Assembly (NCBI RefSeq): GCF_963506605.1
Contig: NC_083276.1
Location: forward strand, 106,702,001 to 106,766,000
Length of the DNA: 64,000 nt
Reading direction: 5' to 3'
From: Zootoca vivipara
Lineage: Eukaryota
The notes under the pieces were generated by a model. That model had not been told where the DNA came from and searched no databases. It saw nothing but the letters and a program-made list of their open reading frames with translations. Both the position numbers and the translations under genes were made by a program. Below, in pieces: positions 37,334 to 50,395 of this stretch; the first letter of the stretch is position 1; each line of letters begins with the position of its first letter.

Positions 37334-40300
37334 GTATCTGCTGTTTTCCATTTGCTTTTGTGTTTACATGTGATGATGATGATAATTCTGTAAAGCTGTA
37401 AAACTGAGCAGGTAGCTGAACTTGCTCAACCTAATGTGTACCCGGTGCAGCATTTTTATCCCATCTGCCCACTGCTCCGTTTCAAAACGTTTGCATTAGC
37501 ACAACGGCCTGATATCATTGTGCCACCACTGTAATGTCATAATTTGTGATATTGTGTTTAGACCAGCAGCCGGTATTCCCTATTCTAAGCCTTCCATCTG
37601 GTGATCCAGCATGCTTTGAAACTAGGCTGCAAGTTAATCCTTTTGGGCCTTCTAGCTAGGGATATTTGAATGACTGGAGAGTATATTTGAGCTCCTTTCT
37701 TGTATGTAGACCCCAGGCCAAATGCCCACACAGGCAGTCTGTTGTACACACCTTCTCTTCCAGTCAGTGCAGGTTTTCTTGCTGTGCAGGTTTAGTCCCT
37801 GGCACCTCCCATTAAAAGAAAGTGATGGCAAAGACACATCTCTGCTTGGCAAGCTGCTGCCAGTCAGAGTGGACAGTACAGGGCTATTTGGACAAATAGT
37901 CTGATCTAGTAGGAGCCTGATTTCTAGGTTCCTAACCCGTTGTGGTAAGGTTAGGCTAAGAAAGTGACCGAGAATCAAGGCTGAATGGGGGCTTGAACTC
38001 AATGTCTTCTCAGGCCATAACCTGTCGCTCTAACCATTGCACACTGCTTCTTCTGATCCATGCTTGGGGGGGGGGTCCTGCTCTGGATTATGTGCACAGA
38101 TGATTTTTTTTCCCCAAAAGCCCCTTGCACATATCACACAACTGCTTTTTTAATATGGAGAGAGAAACTGATGAAAGACACGTGCATGCACTTTTTGTGT
38201 TGCAGGGTCAGTTCTAAGTTGATCAATGTTCCTGCTTCATATGTACAAAACCAATGTTCATTTATTTCAGCTTTCTGCTGAATTTTTGTGTGCATGTAAT
38301 CCTTCCACATTAGGCACTTTTGTGAGCAGGCAACGTGTATGGCTTCAATTCGGAAGCGACTCCGGTTTGACTTAATCAAACCTCACCAAAAAAAGTGATT
38401 TGCAGCGGCTACTTGCCATTGTCCCATCCATTTGTCTACTCCTTTTTTTCCACCACCACCACCCCACTGCAAGCTGCTTCTCCCCCTACCCCCAATTTTC
38501 TTACTTTCTTTCTCTCCTCCCTCATGGTGCTGCCTCTCTAATGTTTAAGAAAAAGGGAGGTGGCCTCTCAAGATCTGTTGCTAGTGGCAGATTGGACCTC
38601 CTTTGGGTTTTTTAGGCTGAAATCCTATAAACACGTATAGGGAGTTAACCCCTTGGAACTTGGCAGGTTTAAACCCATGTGCTGCATCTGGTTTAAACCC
38701 ATGTAAACTTATATGATGGTGATCTGTCATTTTCGGCAGTCACAGAATGAGAGGATACAGTTTGATCTGAAATGATCCATATTAAAACTGATAAGCATGC
38801 CCGTCATTTTTTTGTAAATACCTCTTAAAAACTCTGTCGTGATCTGCTTAACATACTTACCATAGTGTTACTGTCATCTAAATCGACTAACCCTGTTGAA
38901 AGCAGATGAATTAAAGTGCAAGCGTGCGCGGGTTTTAAGGGGCATATTGATCACACTGCGTAGTGTTAATGTAGTCATGAATTACAGTCACCACTTTTAT
39001 GAGTAATGGATCCTCGCGTACAAATTATTGAAGATTTAATGAGCTACACCTCTTACTTTTTCCCCGAGTTCATTGTAGCACTCTTAATTTTAGACACATA
39101 TGCCCAAATTCCTGAGTATGCCTTCAGTCTATTACATCCTAAAATAATAATGATGAGCTGCACTTTGGTAATGCACTATTTATTATATATTCATACTAGT
39201 TTCCTTTTTCCTCCTCTAATAGGGCTCTAGATTTTGCATTTGAATTATTTGATGCCTGGATAGTTTTTGCTTTTGTCTTTGCCGCACCTAATTCTGTGTT
39301 GGGCTGGATCAAAGCAAGTGAAACTATTTCTTCTGTTACTACTGAGATTCCTGTGGTTTGTAAATCGTCCGTTCGTTCTTCTTCCTCTTTTTCTCCATCA
39401 TGTCTCCTGCTTGTTCTTTTAACTATTCAATTCTCAGTAGATGGCACTCTGCATTGTATATTAAAGCATGTGAAACAGCTGGTATGTGATTGCAAGTTGA
39501 TAGAGAAGCATGCAGCTTTAAAAGTGCATTAGAATTGGTGTTGAACTGTCAGAATGTGCAGGGCGTGAGACTATAAAAATTCATATACTTGAAAAATAAG
39601 GAAAAGCTTACATTTTAAAATATAAGTGGCCTGTGCTATAATCTAGTGGTGGCCAGGAAGCCTTGATATGTTATGTGTCTACATTTGGAGAGACAACTGG
39701 TGGCAGAAAATACTTCCAGTAGTGGTTCGTTGTATGCAGGAAGGTCTTTGATTAAAGTTGTGCATCTTCTCCAATTACCTAGGCAGAAAAAGCCACCGTT
39801 CCTTTAACATGTTCTAAATTGACAGCTGCATAGATTTGCTAAACATTTTGTTATCTTTCTTTTTGCTTCCTAAACGTTTTCATACCTTTTTAGTTTAAGG
39901 GCGATTTTTTTAAAAAAACAGATGCAAAATCTCAGCACTTCGAGTCCAGTTAACAACAGGTTGCGGAAAGTTTCCATCATTTGAAAATATGTGCTTAGCT
40001 CCCCCCTTTTTTTAGCAGCAGTGGGAAAAATGTGAAAAACCGAGTCACAAAATACTTGCTAAAAATAAAGGTCCCAATTCACAAGGCATGTTAAAAAGGT
40101 TCTGTCCCTGTTACTGAGAGAGCTGTGATGATAGCCTCATGCTTGCCCATACAAACTGTAGAGCTGGCCTTTGCAGGGTCTGATTTGAAATGTACTTTGT
40201 AAGACAGTGACAGCAGTTCCTGATGGAGAACATAGCTTCACTTCCACACAAAGACAACTTGGGTCAGCCCGCCATCCTGTCTGCATGGTAAAAAAATGGC

Positions 40301-41379
40301 CAGGTTGAAGACACATTTAAAGCACATAAGACCTTGTTATATACTATTCACCATTGCTGGCATCGTGATAGTGCCATCTTACTTGTCTCCCACCCCTCCT
40401 GGAGACAAGAGCTTTCTGTCATGCATTTAGTACATGCGTTAACAAATAACAACGAGGAGAGGAAACTTAAATGCAGTGTAATTGGCAACCGTAAGTCATT
40501 AGAGCTGTGGCTCTCAGCTGATGTAATAAATTTAGCTCTTCCTTGCAGACACTAAATATAAAAACTTGAGTCTGTTTCTTTAGTATATAGCAGTTTCTTA
40601 AACACCTGGATTGAAAACTGTAATACTGAAAACGAGTAGAGACTGAATTGAAGGATTAGGATTTTGATTCATTCCTTCATTCTGTGTCATCTTGGGAGGC
40701 TAGTCTAGCAAGCAGGGCTCCTGATTTTGAGACAAACAAACATGAAGAGCATTTTCATCGGTGTAAATGTGTGCACGTAGCTCCAGTTCAACACAACACT
40801 TCAACATTTGCATGAGTGTTATTTGGCAGGGGGGAAGGTTTCATAGATTGATTTACTTTGAGCCATAATTCATCCTTAGGACTGCAAGCGCCTGTAGCTT
40901 AGCTCAAACTGAAAGCCATGTTTTTTAAGTGCATGCTTTCTTTGGTATCTTAAAAATAAGCACCAGCATTGATTAATCCAATCAGTTCTCATGCTACCAC
41001 AACTTCAGTCAGTTAAAAGGCAGATAATTAATTGGTTCACACTTCTAACAATAACATTCTTGCAAATATCCGTAGCCATACTTTTATTGGGTGGGGTTAC
41101 CAGCAGTGATCCAAAATAAAAATTACAGTAGCAGCTGAATGCCATCTACAATAAAATAATAAAAATCCTGAATAAATGTGTGTTAGGCAACAACCCTTCA
41201 GTAGAGCCTGGCTAAATCAAGCTCAAAACTCAATGAGTAAAACATTTGCAAGATGAGGCCCTCCAGCTGGTGTGAATTTGATCAAATATTTCAAATACAG
41301 CATACATATTGTGGCCATCTAGTCATGACTCCTATTACAGTTATTAAAACTGCCAGTTTAAATCAAGGTGGAGTTGCAA

Positions 41380-41560
41380 ATAAGTAATTAAAAGCACACT
41401 TCCGCAGTGATATTTAAAACACGCGTCAGTGCCTAGACAGGTTTCCGAAGCAATTTACACCAACAGAAAAGTAGACTGTTTGTTAGAACTTGATGTAATT
41501 ACACCTAATTAGCCGGTGTTCTTCGTGGATTGATGACTGACCAGAGTTAAAAATAATAAA
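41380..41560. promoter_or_regulatory. Candidate conserved intronic enhancer
   Basis: Repeat-free block with several TAATTA, T-box-like TTACACCT, GATTGATGACTGAC and retained CpGs. Confidence 0.5.
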
Positions 41561-42244
41561 AAAGCCACAATAGAAATCTGCTAAGGCAGATAAGTATTAA
41601 ATATTGTTTAGACAAAAATTTACTCAGAGAAATTGTGAGTGTCCCCCCCCCTTTTTTAAATAAATAAATCTCTGCTTCAGAATTTTTGAGATCCTGGTAC
41701 ATATGAATGACATAGAGGCTTTGTATGCTCACACTCACATGTATATATGCACACTTTCACACATTAAATATATAAATTATATACATTTTGTTTTTTAAAA
41801 GCCTTCTGAGCCCGAGTTGCTTGCTCCAGCTCCAAATCAAAGTTGCTTGTATGCCCTCATAAGTTACATGTTCAAAGTGATTGGTAAGACTTTTGGGGGG
41901 GGGGTATTTTAAAAAATGGGGATACCACTTCACTCGTAATCCTCATGTAATTTGAATATCAGTGCCTCGATATAACACTTAGACATGCATTGAAATAGAA
42001 AAGTATAGTATATGCATTTATCAATCCAGAATTATCAAGAAGATATGTTTTAGCTGATGAAAATATTGGCAAGATTTCGTTCTAGGAGTATTCATTCAAT
42101 TTGTTTTTCTAAACACAAAGCACATTCTTTAGTCAAATGAAAGGCCGCATATTTAGATATACCTAGCAGCAACAGCAGCCATCCCTAGCCGGTGAAAAAC
42201 CTCACCTTTATAACTCTTCTTTTTCTACCCTCTACTTCTTACAG

Positions 42245-42418
42245 CCGCTCTGGGAGCCATATCACACTCAAGACAATGACGTATTGGCACTTCCTTCTGC
42301 AGACTCGGAACTTGATCAGACTGGAATATGTGAATTCTGTCAGAAAGTTTTTCCACCATCTAGTACATCAGAGGACTTTCTGAGGCATCTGAATTCACAC
42401 TTCAACTTGAAGTCCTAG
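42245..42418 (+). CDS. TANK: TANK terminal coding exon with C-terminal zinc finger (PLWEPY...ICEFCQKVFPPSSTSEDFLRHLNSHFNLKS*)
   Basis: Long pyrimidine tract + acag| acceptor; CxxC...HxxxH UBZ-type finger as in TANK; stop TAG 42416-42418. Confidence 0.96.
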   Translation, partial: PLWEPYHTQDNDVLALPSADSELDQTGICEFCQKVFPPSSTSEDFLRHLNSHFNLKS

Positions 42419-43805
42419 TGTCACCGGAGTACAGATTTTTGTTGCTGTTGCTGTTGAGACCAGGTGCTGCTCTACTTTGATTTCAGCCCAATTGCGCAGT
42501 GTAATTCCAGAGCTTTGCGCAACATCAATACCAGAACCGACCCGGAGCTATGTTAATACGATTTAAGCCAATTTCAAATGCATAAAAGGAAAATAATTGC
42601 AATGCCACCAACAAGGGCATAGCTTCCCGAGAACAGGGGTTGAAGAGTCCGGGGGCTGGGGGGAGAGAGAGAGAAGGACTTGACTTGGTAACTATCACAC
42701 CATTGTGCCTTTGCTTTCACTTTTATTCACTGGAATCTTTTTGACCATCGAAACAAATATTTACTTTTGCCATCGTGCATGATACAGTACTGAACTCCAG
42801 CTAGAAACAGATGTGATGCAGTGATTTCAGAGCAATTCAGCTCCCCCACCCTAAGCACCAGGTTTGTAAGAGGGGTGGGGGGGGAAGATGAATTAGTCAG
42901 AGGTGTCCAGAATGGAGCTTCACTTTCCACCTGGTTTAGAATTGCATCCTTAATTGTGTTCTTACTCTGTGCCTTAATTCCTGCCAATTGAGCAGGCAGA
43001 AATGGCTACCAGTCTTGGTGTTGGTGGGCAGTGGGAAGACCGGAGGCCTCCCGCGTTGTCAGTAGGTGAAGGGCCCAGGAGCTGCAGGGAGGAGCCATAA
43101 GCCAGCAATAGAGCAGAGAACATCTTCTGCCAGACAGAATAGGCAATATTGGACTAGGCTTGTCAATGGTCTGGCAATATAAGTTGTTATGTTAGAACAA
43201 TAGATGGCCCTGGATGAAGACAATCTGTTTGCGTCAAAGAAACATGTCTCAGCAGCCAATTGGGGCTGAGATGAACATTGTATAAGGCTTTCATAATATA
43301 TAATGAGTACTGTACACAAACATTTAGCTTTATTGGGGTATTGCATGGGAAGGTTTGTGGCGAGTTTTTAAAAAAACAAAAACACCCCCATTTTCAGCAG
43401 AGGTGAAATAAGTTGTTAATTTTGAGCGTTTTACAGCCATCAGGATTTACCTGAGACACTTCAACCACACACACACACCAGTGTAGTATTTTTCAGCAAG
43501 CTGATCTTGTTTGCAACCTGATAATCTTGGACTGGTTGTTTGTTTGTTTGTTTTTGTCCATATGTAATAATTTTATATAGTTAGGAGTTTTAAAGCTCTG
43601 TATATGCTGTTAATAGCTAAATTTCTTCACTTTCTCCAAATATCTAGTATTTACATAAAAATCCCCATTTTACAAATCAAAAGAATGGAGAAAACCTGAA
43701 TGTCTTGCATAATTTTAACTCATTTGGATATACAGACATTTTTGTACAATTTTGGTTACAGCCTCTCATCTGTTTCTGAAAAACTGTTAACTGCCTTTGT
43801 GCTAA

Positions 43806-43811
43806 AATAAA
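43806..43811 (+). terminator. TANK: Probable TANK polyadenylation signal AATAAA (3' UTR ~1.4 kb)
   Basis: AATAAA after AU-rich UTR, followed by GT-rich element TGGTGTG...TGTGTGTTTGG. Confidence 0.65.
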
Positions 43812-43945
43812 CTGCATTTTGCAGGGTTTTGGCTCTGGTGTGACCCAGAATGTGTGTTTGGTCTTACTCTGATAAAACTACCAGGCCAAGCCTTTTTCAA
43901 ATCCATGTATGACATAACACGTTCTGAGACTTTTCTTCTGAGACT

Positions 43946-44235
43946 GGAGAGCCAGTGTGGTGTGGTGGTTAAGAGTGGTAGACTCGTAATCTGGGGAACC
44001 GGGTTCGCGTCTCCGGTCCTCCACATGCAGCTGCTGGGTGACCTTGGGCTAGTCACACCTCTCTGAAGTCTCTCAGGCCCACTCACCTCACAGAGTGTTT
44101 GTTGTGGGGGAGGAAGGGAAAGGAGATTGTTAGCCACTTTGAGACTCCTTCGGGTAGTGATAAAGTGGGATATCAAATCCAAGCTCCTCCTCCTCCTCCT
44201 CCTCCTCCTCCTCCTCCTCCTCCTCCTCCTCTTCT
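43946..44235 (+). mobile_element. Squam3-type tRNA-derived SINE (head fragment also at ~16095-16161, minus)
   Basis: GGAGAGCCAGTGTGGTGTGGTGGTTAAGAG A-box, GGTTCG B-box, CORE-like GGGTGACCTTGGGCTAGTCAC, simple-repeat (CCT)n tail. Confidence 0.8.
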
Positions 44236-46189
44236 TTAGGCTTGCTTATGAATTGTGCTTTTCAGGGTGTACTCTGGAAAGAGAACGAACCACATTTCTT
44301 GACAACGGGCCTTCATCCTGAATTTAAAAGTAGTAAGATGTAATCGCAGTATAAAAAAGGGCTAACTGGGGTGTTGTTTTTTAAGTCATGTATTCTGCAT
44401 TGCCTAGGTTTCTCTCTACACACATTCCCTTTCTATATTTCCTGTGAGCTGGCACATATCATTCTCTCTACAGGAAGGAACAGTGCTGGCAGAAACAAGT
44501 GGGGCAGCAGAATCCCCAGAAGTACAAAAAATAGTTTTTCAAAAACACAGCATTAAAGGGGGGGGGGGCAAATTCCCCTTCCAAAACAAGAAAACAAATA
44601 TAGAAACAGGCCAGTAAGATACTGCAAACACTGAGAGTTAGGTAGGGGGCAAAAATGAAAATGGGCTTGAATGAGTTTGCTTGCTTGCCCCCCCCCCTTA
44701 CAGCTTAGAGTAGGGCTGGGGAATCTGTGGCCTTCCTGTTGGGACTGCTATCCCATCTGCTTGCCTAGTTCCCTTAGCTGGTGTAAATTGTATTTTAACA
44801 TTTGGAGTGAGGATCTCAGGTTCCCTACCTTTCGCTTTGATAGTATCCTGCAAGGCGGACCAGCTGAAGCTCTGTACTGGAGCTTTTATGTTAGGGTTGA
44901 TGGACTGAAACACTTGGTTGCATAGCAGTTTCTATAAGCTTTCACGTTTCTTCTTCCTCTTCCAGCTCCTAAGATACACCAGCAGTCCAGTGTATGAAAG
45001 ATCAAGGAAGGACTGCAAAACCAGTTGACTTAATTTATATTCGAGAGGAATTGAACATTGTGCTCTTCTGATCTTTCTGTCAGCATCTTTCTCCATGCTG
45101 CAAAGAATGGTTCCTCTCCCCCACACACACACATGTATTCTGGGGGGTTCTCCCCGCTGGAGCAGATTTGCACTAGCAGGAACCCTTTTGCAGGCTTCCA
45201 CTAGCACACTGCATTAGTTGAATCCAGGCCTCAAAGTATGCTCTTCCATCTCCCTTTCAGCCACCCAACTGGGTAGTAGATCTAACAGGCAAGCAAAGAA
45301 TATGTAAGCTTAGGCATCTTAAAACTAGATGCTATGAGGGTACAGCAGCTACTTCATCTTAAGTAGTTTAGCTTATACAAAATTCCATACAATGAAAATT
45401 TCGCATCTTTGTAGAATGCTGTATATTTAAATTTATGAATCGCTTCTCGCGATAAAACGTCGCTTAGAAATTTATAGCAGAAAGTAATAAAAATATGTAG
45501 GCATAATTAAGAACATAAATAGATGGGGGGGGATTCAATCATTGGCGTTACCCAAGTGCCTGGGGAAACTTGATACATTGCTCCAATTAGGTGCTGGTGG
45601 GCAAGTAAATTTGCACCCTGAGTACCCTCCAGTCTAACGCAACTTTTTGAGGGCAAATGATGACTTCTACTACTGCTGCCAGCAGGGACATCTGCTTTAT
45701 TATGCTCACCAGGGGAAGCGCAGGCAGTAGGAAACACTAATACTCCTTAAAAGAGGAACGAGCCCAACAGGGATACGAATTATTTTTTTAAGTAGTGGAG
45801 GAACGCAGAGTGGGGGCAGCAGAGCCAAAAAAGACATTTTGTCCCTGCTTTCTTCCACCTCCTCAAAGGTGCTGGTCTTCCTTCTCTTTGCTCCCCACAC
45901 CTTACAAGAGACAGGTGCATCTTTTTAACCATAGTTGGACTCACAAAGCACACTTCAGGTGCCGGAGCATTTGAGCCTCCCATAGCTGACTTAGGCTTCC
46001 CATCAGTGGGAGAGGAGAGACTGGTGCTGAGGTGAGGTTCCCACAACAGTGGCTGCTCCGTGCACAGGTTTTTCCTTTAGCATATATGTATTTATTGCAT
46101 GTGTGAGCTCTCTCTCTCTCACTCACTCACTCACTCACACACACACACACACCTTTTCTCTCCCTCTCTCTGGCTACCTCGCCAGCTGC

Positions 46190-46465
46190 TTGTAGCTCCA
46201 GTAATTAGACTGTCACCGCTCGTTAGAGGAGCGAGGGAAACACACTTGTGACAGATTCCACTAGTTCATCGAGGGGGTGCGATCTTCGAAGGGAAATTTA
46301 GTACATTAATTTGAGGTCTCAGCTCTGTCCTTTTCTGGAGGTTCCCTCTGCAGTCTGTTTATTGCCACACTCAGCTTGGGCTTCTTTTTCCCCCCTTCGC
46401 CTTCGGAGCCCGCCAATAAACTTTAGATTAGATTAAATCAGCCATTTGACATTTGCCAGGGGTTT
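46190..46465. promoter_or_regulatory. Candidate conserved non-coding element
   Basis: TAATTA, MEIS-like CTGTCA/TGACAG/TGACAT, CCAATAAA and GATTA motifs in unique sequence beside a CpG island. Confidence 0.55.
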
Positions 46466-46989
46466 GGTGCACGGGCGCGCGCCTTTCTCTCCCTGCTTGT
46501 AGCGCCGCTCTGTCGACTAAAGGGGGCGCGCTGTGGAAAGGTCTCTCTCTCTCCTTCGGCGCGCACAGGCCCAAGCCTTTCTCTTTCGCCCCCCAGAACA
46601 TGGAGAGGGAATCTGAGCAGGGGGCGTAAGGTGGGGGTCAAGTCACAATAACCACCACGACACCACAAAAACCTGCTCCGCTACCCAAGTCGCCGAGGCT
46701 ACCAGGCACAAGCAGCTGAGCGACACAGCCGCCCGCGCCACCTCAAAATACGCGCGCGCCCTGGAGGAGAAGCGCTTTTGTCGCCCTCCGACATCCTCTT
46801 CCCCTCCTCTTTCCTTGCGATTCATGCAAGGTTAACTCAGCAGAGAAGGCTCAATCCAAATGGCAACTGGCGTTGCATTTTTTATTTTTTTATTTTTTAT
46901 TTAAAAGAAGAAAAGGGGAGGGGGGAACCTGAAGGAAAAGGGCGGGCGGCGGAATCAGAAATAGGGAAAGAAAAGAGGAAAAAGCAGCA

Positions 46990-47215
46990 GGCTGATTACG
47001 AGGTGTCAAAACTGCCAGGAGCAAGAAGGTGATAGCAATCAGGGGTGAGAAGAGTGCGCCATTCGTGCGGGGCAGCTAATTATCCGTCTCATTTGAGGCA
47101 GCCGCGTTCGAGGCAGCCGCGTTCGCCTGCTGAACGGTGACAGATTGGCGCGGAGGAGAGGGGAGGTGTTAAAACAATGGAGCCGGGCTTGCGAGCGCTG
47201 CTGCATGCTAATCAG
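46990..47215. promoter_or_regulatory. Ultraconserved-type enhancer core downstream of TANK, in CpG island ~46450-47850
   Basis: T-box sites AGGTGTCAAA (47001) and AGGTGTTAAA (47164), SOX AACAATG (47173), TAATTA (47077); resembles, from memory, the human ultraconserved element just 3' of TANK (uc.88 / VISTA hs416). Confidence 0.7.
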
Positions 47216-48546
47216 GACGGCCTCCTTCCTGCTTGCCTGCCTGCCTGCCTGCCTTTCCCTCCCTCGGCTCGCCGTGATCCCGCCTTCCCCTTCTTCTTCC
47301 CCGGCGCCACAGAGGGAAAAGCTCGTCGCAAACGCCGCCTTCATCCCTCCCCACCCCCACCCCTCTCCCGCTTTGCACACTCCGACGCACAGGCGCGCGC
47401 GCCCGTTCCCACGAATCGGGGGCGCAATCCTGACTCCATAAAGCCATGCGGTGGGGGGGGGGAATCTCCCGTTGCCTTTAATAATCCCACCCCCTAATTA
47501 CACGGGTGGGAGGGGGACGCCGAGCGAGGGCGGCCGTGGCTGTGATCTTGCGCGGGCCAATTAGGCCGGCGTTCCACCGGCTGGCACTCCGGGTTTCCCC
47601 TGTTCTTTCTTTCTTTGCAGCAGGGAGAAGGAAGGAAGGTGCCTTGGCATGGAGCGAGGGGGGGGGGCGTTCCCTTCACTAGATCGGCCTTAATCCGACG
47701 GGCTTTTATTGTAGAACTTGAACCTACGGGCACATACGCACACCCACAAGCAGGGGTTCCAACTGGAATAAAATATGGGATGGGGAAAGGTGACAGGTCA
47801 TCCGCAGCCCGCATAATAGATCACAAGACGTGCCGCGCACACATTTATTTGAATGACAAAGCTCATCAACTTTGTGGAGGCCCAAATATTTTATTGGGGC
47901 GAAGGGATCTCCGTCCCTAGGAGCTGGCTACTATACACACAGGCGATTGTAGAACCTGTGGTTTCGAAACTTGGAGTGCTGTCCATCAACTCTGCATAGG
48001 AATTGCGGAGGCCTTCTAAAGATAGCCTGCTCCTTTATATGGCCTTGTTTGGGACTTGTGCTGAGATCCTGTGCAGACTTACATGGGGGACTTGAGTCGA
48101 CCTACATGCATTGCTCTGCATGTTTAAACCTATGGGTGTTTATTTGGAAGTCCTGTTTGGAAGTTCAAACAAGCACGTTTAGGGCTATTGTTGTTATTGT
48201 TATTAATAATAATTTCTATCCTGCTTTTCAGCAGGCAGACACTCCTTTAAAGTGGGTTAAATAAATATCTCAGTTTAAAATACAATACAAACATAATTAG
48301 CAGCACTATTTCATAGACATTTCAGCCTAGGCCAATTTAAAAACCAACAGCTTAGAAGTTTAAACTATATGTGTGTGTGACCCTTTTATCCTTCTTAAAA
48401 GTTAAATTCTGTGGATACTTGGGAATAATTCCCATTGAACTTATTAGGACTTACTTCTGAGTAAAGATATATAGGGTTGCATTGTAAAAGTCCATTTTTG
48501 CTACAAATTAGGTTTCAGCAGAATTGGGCTACATCACTTTATTGAA

Positions 48547-48738
48547 GTTTGTTGTTGTTTAGTCGTTTAGTCATGTCCGACTCTTCGTGACCTCCATGGA
48601 CCATAGCACGCCAGGCACTCCTGTCTTCCACTGCCTCCCGCAGTTTGGTCAGACTCATGTTGGTAGCTTCGAGAATACTGCCCAACCATCTCTTCCTCTT
48701 CTCCTTGTGCCCTCAATCTTTCCCAACATCAGGGTCTT
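48547..48738 (-). mobile_element. BovB (RTE) LINE 3' end
   Basis: Minus strand ...GTCCATGGAGGTCACGAAGAGTCGGACATGACTAAACGACTAAACAACAACA, the characteristic BovB terminus. Confidence 0.85.
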
Positions 48739-49789
48739 CATTCTATTGAAGTAGAATGGGTAAAAAATAGGATATTTCTAAAGGAGTCTCCAAATAAACA
48801 ACAGCCTTGTCCCAATGGGTTGTTGATCCCTTGTAGATGTTGCTGCTCATACTACTTATTAAATCACTTAGTGACCCACTTTTAACCAAGGAGTGGAAAT
48901 ACTTGGACTTGCAACCCATCATCAAGAGTTTTTAGTCATTTGACTTTTGTTAGTATTGACTCCCGTTTCTGGGGGAAAGGCAGGATATAAATAAATATTA
49001 TAATAATTAATAAAAGTGTGCTTGTTGTTATTTCTCCATTTCTTTTGACCTTGGAACCTCTATTCCCTACCTAATAATAAGTGCCTTTCTCTTACCACTG
49101 ACTAGCCATTATCCATCCTCAAAGTTTGCAAATGAGATCATGCCTTCAACGCAAGAGGATGCAATTTTTCTTTAGCCTCCCTTCAGAAATTACAAACTGG
49201 TTTCCAGTGTAAAATTTAAAAGCCCCAAATCTAGTGCAAGTAGCTGGAAGATGCAGCCCTTCGTGACACTTTGGAAACCACAATTCCCTCTTATTTCTCA
49301 TATACAAGGGTGAATGTTGTTGTTTAAGTTGCCCAAAAGGCACCATCCATGGATGCCAAAGGGGGAGGTATTGGCAGACTGGCACCCCCAAGCTTTGCAC
49401 AAGAAGAAAAATATTTGGTGATGAAGCCTAAGTGTGTCCCCACCACACACAAAAAAGGTGTCCTGATGATGACACAAGTACATTTAGTGACCATGGAACG
49501 CTGACAGTTGGGAAGAGGATAAAAAGTTGGGAGAGAGCAGGAATGGAAAGGTGTATGATGGAGAAGAGTATGGCTGAAAGACCAGAGTTTTTGAACAGGA
49601 ACATTTCATACTGCAACATTTTGTTGCAGTTTGCACATGTTCCATTCTCTTTTACAGTGCAATATGCATAGCTTGATTCATTGGTCATATCACAGCCACA
49701 ACAATAAAGTGTGGTCAATGATTGCTTTCAATGCACCAGAAGCGCAAGCCATGTAGGATGCCAACCTACATGTAACTACCGGTAGTAGC

Positions 49790-50395
49790 TTTCCATGTGG
49801 TGCAGGCTCTAGTTATCTCTCGCTTGGACTAGTGCAATGCGCTCTATGTGGGGCTACCTTTGAAGGTGACCCAGAAACTACAATTAATCTAGAATGCAGC
49901 AGCTAGACTAGTGACTGGGAGCAGCCGCCGAGACCACATAACACCGGTCTTGAAAGACCTGCATTGGCTCCCAGTACGTTTCCGAGCACAATTCAAAGTG
50001 TTGGTGCTGACCTCTAAAGCCCTAAACGGCCTCGGTCCAGTATACCTGAAGGAGCGTCTCCACCTCCATCACTCTGCCCGAACACTGAGGTCCAGTGCCG
50101 AGGGCCTTCTGGCGGTTCCCTCGCTGCGAGAAGCCAAGTTACAGGGAACCAGGCAGAGGGCCTTCTCGGTAGTGGCACCCGCCCTGTGGAACGCCCTCCC
50201 ACCAGATGTCAAAAAGAAAAACAACTACCAGACTTTTAGAGGACATCTGAAGGCAGCCCTGTTTAGGGAAGCTTTTAATCTTTAAGATATTAGTGTATTT
50301 TAATATTTCTGTTGGAAGCCGTCCAGAGTGGCTGGGGAAACCCAGCCAGATGGGCGGGGTATAAATAATAAATTATTATTATTATTAATTATTAT
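49790..50395 (+). mobile_element. L2-clade LINE, 5'-truncated
   Basis: ORF 49911-50285 RDHITPVLKDLHWLPVRFRAQFKVLVL...RAFSVVAPALWNALP; 3' end GGGCGGGGTATAAATAATAAA(TTA)n. Confidence 0.9.

Noticed and set aside
36596-37393. 265-aa ORF as a stand-alone gene
   Set aside because: It is TANK exon 36753-37333 plus intronic read-through on both sides
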